This document shows, one piece after another, positions 59,133 to 64,000 of a DNA stretch of 64,000 bases. Location of the stretch: the NCBI GenBank assembly GCA_965225855.1, contig CBDDCK010000005.1, forward strand, positions 704,001 through 768,000, in the 5' to 3' direction. The notes under the pieces are model-generated. The model worked only from the letters and a program-made list of their open reading frames with translations, was not told the origin of the DNA and made no database searches. The translations under genes were made by a program, and so were the position numbers. This DNA is from Spirochaetia bacterium (GTDB lineage Bacteria > Spirochaetota > Spirochaetia > SP-2023). Every line of letters begins with the position of its first letter. Within the stretch, counting starts at the first letter, position 1.

Positions 59133-59472
59133 TAATCGTATATTGACAAAGGGAATTTTTTATTTATAGCCTTGCAGCTATTATTTCTAGCTGAAGGAAT
59201 TTTTCAAAGGATTTTCTCACATACATTACGTAATATTACTATCAGCAGGTGAGCGAAAAATTTCGCATTTGTTTGAGCTTCAGCCTCATTTATTTATCAT
59301 CAAATCCGTTGACATCAATATATTCAATGGATAGTCTGATTTATTAGGTTTGATATGGTTTAAGCTAGGCTACTATAATAAGTGTTTAGAATATTTTCTA
59401 ATCATAAAAAATATTACTTAAATATTTAGCTAGATATACACATAAAAGTTAATTTTATGCTACACTAGGTTT

Positions 59473-59853
59473 ATGTCCATAGAATATAAAGTTGTTGAAC
59501 GCGCAAACCCGCAAGATAGGCAAAGTAAAAAGTATTATGCTTCGGCCAATGTTACTGGGGAGACCAGTACCAAAGATTTGTGTAAAGATATAGAACAAAT
59601 GAGCACGGTAAACGGAGCCGATGTGCAGGCGGTGCTGTATGCTTTATCCGAGGTGATTCCCCGCCATTTGGCCGATGGCAAAAGCGTACGCTTGGGCGAC
59701 TTGGGTAGTTTTCGTATTACCATACGCAGTAAGGGCGAAGAGGCTGAAAAAGATGTCGATGTCCACAGCATTACCGATGCTCGTATTACCTTTAACCCAA
59801 ACCGTGAGTTTTCTGCTATTACAAAAAATTTGCACTACAAGAAAATCAAATAG
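59473..59853 (+). CDS. HU-family DNA-binding protein (Bacteroidetes-type)
   Basis: NP...KKYYA, STV.GADV.AVL, LADGKSVRLGDLGSF. Confidence 0.88.
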   Translation: MSIEYKVVERANPQDRQSKKYYASANVTGETSTKDLCKDIEQMSTVNGADVQAVLYALSEVIPRHLADGKSVRLGDLGSFRITIRSKGEEAEKDVDVHSITDARITFNPNREFSAITKNLHYKKIK

Positions 59854-59919
59854 GTATACAGTAAGTGGTTAGCAATGGGTTTTACGCTAGAGAACCGTTG
59901 CTAAAGGCTTAGCCTGCTT

Positions 59920-62484
59920 GTGAGTAAACCTATGGATAAAAAAACTCTCTACAATACTTATGAAGCTTTAGAGGAGGCACAAGGCCATGAGGCTTTGTAT
60001 CGTCCAGTTGAATCTTGCCTAAAACAAGCCGAGCAAAGCCTAAAGCACCAATTGCGCCCCTACCAACAAAAAGCCCTACAGCGGTTTTTCCATTACGAAA
60101 CCGAGTATAAAAACAAGCACAACAATAACCATCTGCTGTTTGAAATGGCTACCGGCACCGGTAAAACACTTATTATGGCCGCCTTGCTACCGTATTTTTA
60201 CCAACGCGGTTACACCACTTTTATATTTTTCGTCAACAGTACGGCCATTGTCGAAAAAACCAAGCAAAACTTTTGCGACAGTGCTTCTAGCAAATATTTA
60301 TTTGCCCAGCCATTGGTTATAGACGGCGAGCGCATAGAGGTACAAGCCGTACCAAATATTGACGAAGCCCACGACAAGTGCATAAACATTATCTTTACCA
60401 CCATTCAGGGCTTGCATATGCAAATGCAAAACCCTAAGGAAAATACCACCACCTTAGAAGATTTTGCTGATCGCAAAGTAGTATTGCTAGCCGATGAAGC
60501 CCACCACAACAGCACCAATACGAAAGCTAAAGCCAAAGAATTATTGCGTTCTTGGGAAGATACGGTACAGGATATTTACCAGCAAAATAAGGAAAACTAC
60601 CTACTGGAATTTAGTGCCACGGCCGAGCTCAATAAAAAGGAAGTCGAACAAAAATACCATGATAAGGTAATTATACGCTATGGCTTAAAAGAGTTTCGCC
60701 AAGAGGGCTATTCTAAAAATATCTATTTGGCGATCACCAAAACAGAGTCTATAGCAGAACGATTATTGCTGGCAGCAGTTATTAGCCAGTATCGCCAAGA
60801 GTTGGCTGCCCAACATGACCTAAGCATAAAACCAGTATTGTTGTTTATTTCTAAGACAATTAAAGAGAGTAAGGAAGCAGAACAAACATTCCACAATTTA
60901 ATCGAGCACATGGATGAAAGCGATATAGAGAATATTTTTACCCTAGTGCAAAAATACCAAGACATAGATTTATACTGCAAAATGCATGACTTTTTTCACA
61001 AAGAAAATTTTGCCTACAGCCATTTGGCACGGCGTTTAGCAGCCAACTTTTCTAAAGAAAGGTGCATCAATGTCAATGATGATAAAGCTCTGGAAGCAAT
61101 GCAAGTGCACTTAAATACACTGGAAGATAGTAGCAACCCCTATAGAGCGATCTTTGCCGTCAATAAATTAAATGAAGGTTGGGACGTGCTGAACTTGTAC
61201 GATATAGTCAAATTGTACGAAACCAAAAAGCAGAAAGGCAAGCCACCAACCACCCAAGAAGTGCAGCTAATTGGGCGCGGAGCGCGGCTATATCCGTTTG
61301 TGCTAGAAGAGGGGCAAGAAAAGTATAAGCGCAAATACGATGATGATAGCGACCATACACTTGGTATTTTAGAACAGCTACACTTTCATACGGCCGATGG
61401 TTCGGCTTTTATTGACCAGCTCAATAAAGACTTGGACGATGCGGGGTTATTCGATAGCGATAAAAAACAGCACGAAATACGCTTAAAACAATCTTTTATC
61501 GATTCGGAATTATATAAAGAAGGCCATTTTTATACCAATAAACAACACAAGAGCGAGCCCAAAAATTGGCTGCAATATAACTTGTTTGGCGAGATAGAAA
61601 CCCGTTCTTTAGAAGGGCTTAGCGGGTACTACAGTATTGATGTACGCCTAGATATAATGGATATAGACCAACAAGCCACTGCGGAAGTGCTGGAAAATAC
61701 CAAAGCATTAACGCTTAGCCTAAAGGATATTCCCGATAGAATCTTTTTAAAAGCGGTTGCCTCAAACCAGTATTACCGCTTCGAGCCGTTTAGCCGTAAG
61801 CTGGCCATAGATACCATAGTAAAAATCAAAGAGCGATTAAAGCAACATAAGCTAACGATTGCCTATCCAGAAAACTATCGCAAAGCGGAAGTTATGGCCA
61901 TGATGCGCCCATTGCGGAAAGTTTGCGCAAACTTTTTAGCCAATTTACAAGCAAAGATAGAAAATGAATGGAGCGATTTTATTGGCACGAAAGAGCTAAT
62001 TGAACAGCCCATAAAAAAAGTGTTTCAGCACAAAAAGATATTTTTGAATAAGCAAGAAACCATGCTTCCTTGCCAACAATGGCCTTATTTTGCCCAAGAG
62101 CAAGTAAAAGTAAATAACGATGAAGAGCAATGTATAAAAGATGTGCACCAGTTATTACAAGAAGCCAAGCTGCCTATCCGGTGGCTGCTGCGCAATGAAC
62201 GCCAGTTTAAGATATATAACTTTGCCGATGGCCGAGGCTTTGAGCCAGACTTTTTGCTAATGCTGGAAAATAACCATAAAACTATATACCAGATATTTAT
62301 AGAACCCAAAGGCGAGTTTTTGCAGGACTATGACCGCTGGAAAGAACAGCTTATGCAGGATTTTGCCCAGCTAGAAACGCCCGAAAGCCTATACCAAATT
62401 ATTGCGCTGCCATTCTACAACCCAAAAAATAAAACCGAGTTTATGGCTATGTTGGAACAGCGTATCAATAGCTTGCAAACTTAG
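59920..62484 (+). CDS. type III restriction enzyme Res subunit (SF2 helicase plus PD-(D/E)xK nuclease)
   Basis: LRPYQ, FEMATGTGKT, DEAHH, LNEGWDV, QLIGRGAR, FEPDF...FIEPKG. Confidence 0.88.
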   Translation: MSKPMDKKTLYNTYEALEEAQGHEALYRPVESCLKQAEQSLKHQLRPYQQKALQRFFHYETEYKNKHNNNHLLFEMATGTGKTLIMAALLPYFYQRGYTTFIFFVNSTAIVEKTKQNFCDSASSKYLFAQPLVIDGERIEVQAVPNIDEAHDKCINIIFTTIQGLHMQMQNPKENTTTLEDFADRKVVLLADEAHHNSTNTKAKAKELLRSWEDTVQDIYQQNKENYLLEFSATAELNKKEVEQKYHDKVIIRYGLKEFRQEGYSKNIYLAITKTESIAERLLLAAVISQYRQELAAQHDLSIKPVLLFISKTIKESKEAEQTFHNLIEHMDESDIENIFTLVQKYQDIDLYCKMHDFFHKENFAYSHLARRLAANFSKERCINVNDDKALEAMQVHLNTLEDSSNPYRAIFAVNKLNEGWDVLNLYDIVKLYETKKQKGKPPTTQEVQLIGRGARLYPFVLEEGQEKYKRKYDDDSDHTLGILEQLHFHTADGSAFIDQLNKDLDDAGLFDSDKKQHEIRLKQSFIDSELYKEGHFYTNKQHKSEPKNWLQYNLFGEIETRSLEGLSGYYSIDVRLDIMDIDQQATAEVLENTKALTLSLKDIPDRIFLKAVASNQYYRFEPFSRKLAIDTIVKIKERLKQHKLTIAYPENYRKAEVMAMMRPLRKVCANFLANLQAKIENEWSDFIGTKELIEQPIKKVFQHKKIFLNKQETMLPCQQWPYFAQEQVKVNNDEEQCIKDVHQLLQEAKLPIRWLLRNERQFKIYNFADGRGFEPDFLLMLENNHKTIYQIFIEPKGEFLQDYDRWKEQLMQDFAQLETPESLYQIIALPFYNPKNKTEFMAMLEQRINSLQT

Positions 62485-62526
62485 TTTGTGGGCTAGGGCC
62501 TTATTAGTTTATGGGCTAGGGCCTTA
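62481..62526. repeat. 23-bp tandem duplication
   Basis: TTAGTTTGTGGGCTAGGGCCTTA / TTAGTTTATGGGCTAGGGCCTTA. Confidence 0.9.
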
Positions 62527-62530
62527 GGGA

Positions 62531-62716
62531 ATGAACGGTAGAGAACTAATAAAACTGTTAGAACAAAACGGCTGGCAGTTAGTCCGCATAAAAGGTTCGC
62601 ACCATGTAATGAAGAAGGAAGGGATAGAGAGACAAGTATCTGTTCCGGTTCATAAAGGAAAAGATATTCCCAAAGGTACTTGTAAACAAATATTGAAAAA
62701 AGCAGGATTAAAGTAG
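62531..62716 (+). CDS. hicA: HicA family toxin
   Basis: LEQNGW..RIKGSH, VPVH..KDI.KGT. Confidence 0.93.
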   Translation: MNGRELIKLLEQNGWQLVRIKGSHHVMKKEGIERQVSVPVHKGKDIPKGTCKQILKKAGLK

Positions 62717-62737
62717 AATTAAAGTAAGGATAAAAGA

Positions 62738-63166
62738 ATGGTTATTATTCACTATATCGCCAATCTAAAGTACGACAGACAAACAGATATGTACGAGATT
62801 GAAATTCCAGAAATAGAAGGATGTTATACTTGCTCTCCTCCGTCTTATGAACAAGCAGCCCAGATGGGTAAAGAAATTTTAAGCATTGTCTTGGCCGAGT
62901 GTCTTGAAATAGGTGAAATTATTCCGCGGCCTAAGAATAATAAGCCTACAGAATCGCAAATAGCGATTCGCCCCGAGCCGGATATTGCCTTGGCGTTATG
63001 GTTGCGTTGGCAGCGCGAAGACCGCCAGCTTAGCCAGGAACAAATGGCCAAGCAGTGCGAGCTGGATATGAACACCTATCAACGTTTAGAATCTGCCAAT
63101 GAGCCGGCGATGAAGATACTAACTAAACTCGAGCACGGTTTGGGTGAGAATATTTTCGCTCTATAA
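62738..63166 (+). CDS. hicB: HicB family antitoxin with C-terminal HTH
   Basis: IPEIEGCYT, C-terminal LSQEQMA..YQRLE; follows hicA. Confidence 0.9.
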   Translation: MVIIHYIANLKYDRQTDMYEIEIPEIEGCYTCSPPSYEQAAQMGKEILSIVLAECLEIGEIIPRPKNNKPTESQIAIRPEPDIALALWLRWQREDRQLSQEQMAKQCELDMNTYQRLESANEPAMKILTKLEHGLGENIFAL

Positions 63167-63255
63167 TGAAGCCTTGGCAATTATTAAAAATAGTGTATAC
63201 ATGAAGTCTATCAACCAATTGCAAACTTAGTTTGTACGGCTTGGGGCCTTACGCA

Positions 63256-63438
63256 GTGAGCGGTAGAGAAATAATAAAACTTTTGGAACAAAACGGCTGG
63301 CAGTTAGACCGCATCAAGGGCTCGCACCATGTAATGAACAAGGAAGGAGAAAGGTCTATTGCCGTTCCAGTTCATGGAAATAAAGATTTAAAGACCGGTA
63401 TTGTTCAGCAAATAATGAAGGACGGAGGTTTGAAATGA
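63256..63438 (+). CDS. hicA: HicA family toxin (second copy)
   Basis: LEQNGW..RIKGSH, VPVHGNKDL; GTG 63256 aligns with the start of copy 1 (ORF track 63232). Confidence 0.92.
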   Translation: MSGREIIKLLEQNGWQLDRIKGSHHVMNKEGERSIAVPVHGNKDLKTGIVQQIMKDGGLK

Positions 63439-63869
63439 AAGAGATTTACTACATTGCCCATATTGATTATGAAGACGAAACAGATATGTATGGGGTTGTA
63501 TTTCCAGAAATACAAGGTTGCTATACTTGCGCACCTTCTACTATTGAAAGGGCAGTAGAGATGGCAAAGGAAGTTTTAAGTATTGTTTTAGAAGAGCAGC
63601 TTAAAAATGGAGATGCTATTGTTAGGCCTAGCAAGGCCATGATTACGCAGACAGAATCGCAAATAGCGATTCGCCCCGAGCCGGATATTGCCTTGGCGTT
63701 GTGGTTGCGCTGGCAGCGCGAAGACCGCCAGCTTAGCCAGGAACAAATGGCCAAGCAGTGTGCGCTGGATATGAGCACCTATCAACGTTTAGAATCTGCC
63801 AATGAGCCGGCGATGAAGATACTAAGCAAACTCGAGCACGGTTTGGGTGAGCATGTTTTCACTCTATAG
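63435..63869 (+). CDS. hicB: HicB family antitoxin with C-terminal HTH (second copy)
   Basis: FPEIQGCYT, HTH nearly identical to copy 1; ATGA overlap with hicA. Confidence 0.9.
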   Translation: MKEIYYIAHIDYEDETDMYGVVFPEIQGCYTCAPSTIERAVEMAKEVLSIVLEEQLKNGDAIVRPSKAMITQTESQIAIRPEPDIALALWLRWQREDRQLSQEQMAKQCALDMSTYQRLESANEPAMKILSKLEHGLGEHVFTL

Positions 63870-64000
63870 TGGGGTTTGGGCGTTCACGGTGGTAAAAATT
63901 GCAAAACCCTTATAAAATGCTTGTTAAAATCTTACTTACATAATATCAAAAAGCATATAATGCAGAGTAAGGCACATTTTATAAACCAATAAAATAGAAG

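Overview
AT-rich bacterial chromosome segment, most likely from a spirochaete (Spirochaetales). The basis is the rpoD - C4 zinc-ribbon gene - TPR - mreBCD - PBP2 - rodA order recalled from Treponema/Borrelia (here with rnpB after the zinc-ribbon gene) and the spirochaetal lipoboxes. Housekeeping blocks (cell shape, era, nudC, dapA, rnz, DAHP synthase, argF, argD, folD, recD, tRNA-Leu(CAA), dnaX-ebfC-recR) alternate with accessory patches. These patches hold two paralogous repeat-built surface lipoproteins with a shared promoter region, a heptad/hendecad coiled-coil gene between hairpin-rich direct repeats, an Hpy99I-like type II R-M pair, a type III Res gene without adjacent Mod, two tandem hicAB modules, two HU-like genes, surface-glycan genes (GT4, MBOAT, YidC-sulfatase-fold fusion, WecB/TagA-like) and several pseudogene fragments. 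The most unusual signal is at least six intergenic arrays with unrelated consensus sequences that all have a 22-23 bp period, most with internal dyad symmetry. No CRISPR array, cas gene, integrase or transposase was recognised. All calls come from reading motifs by eye; no searches were run.
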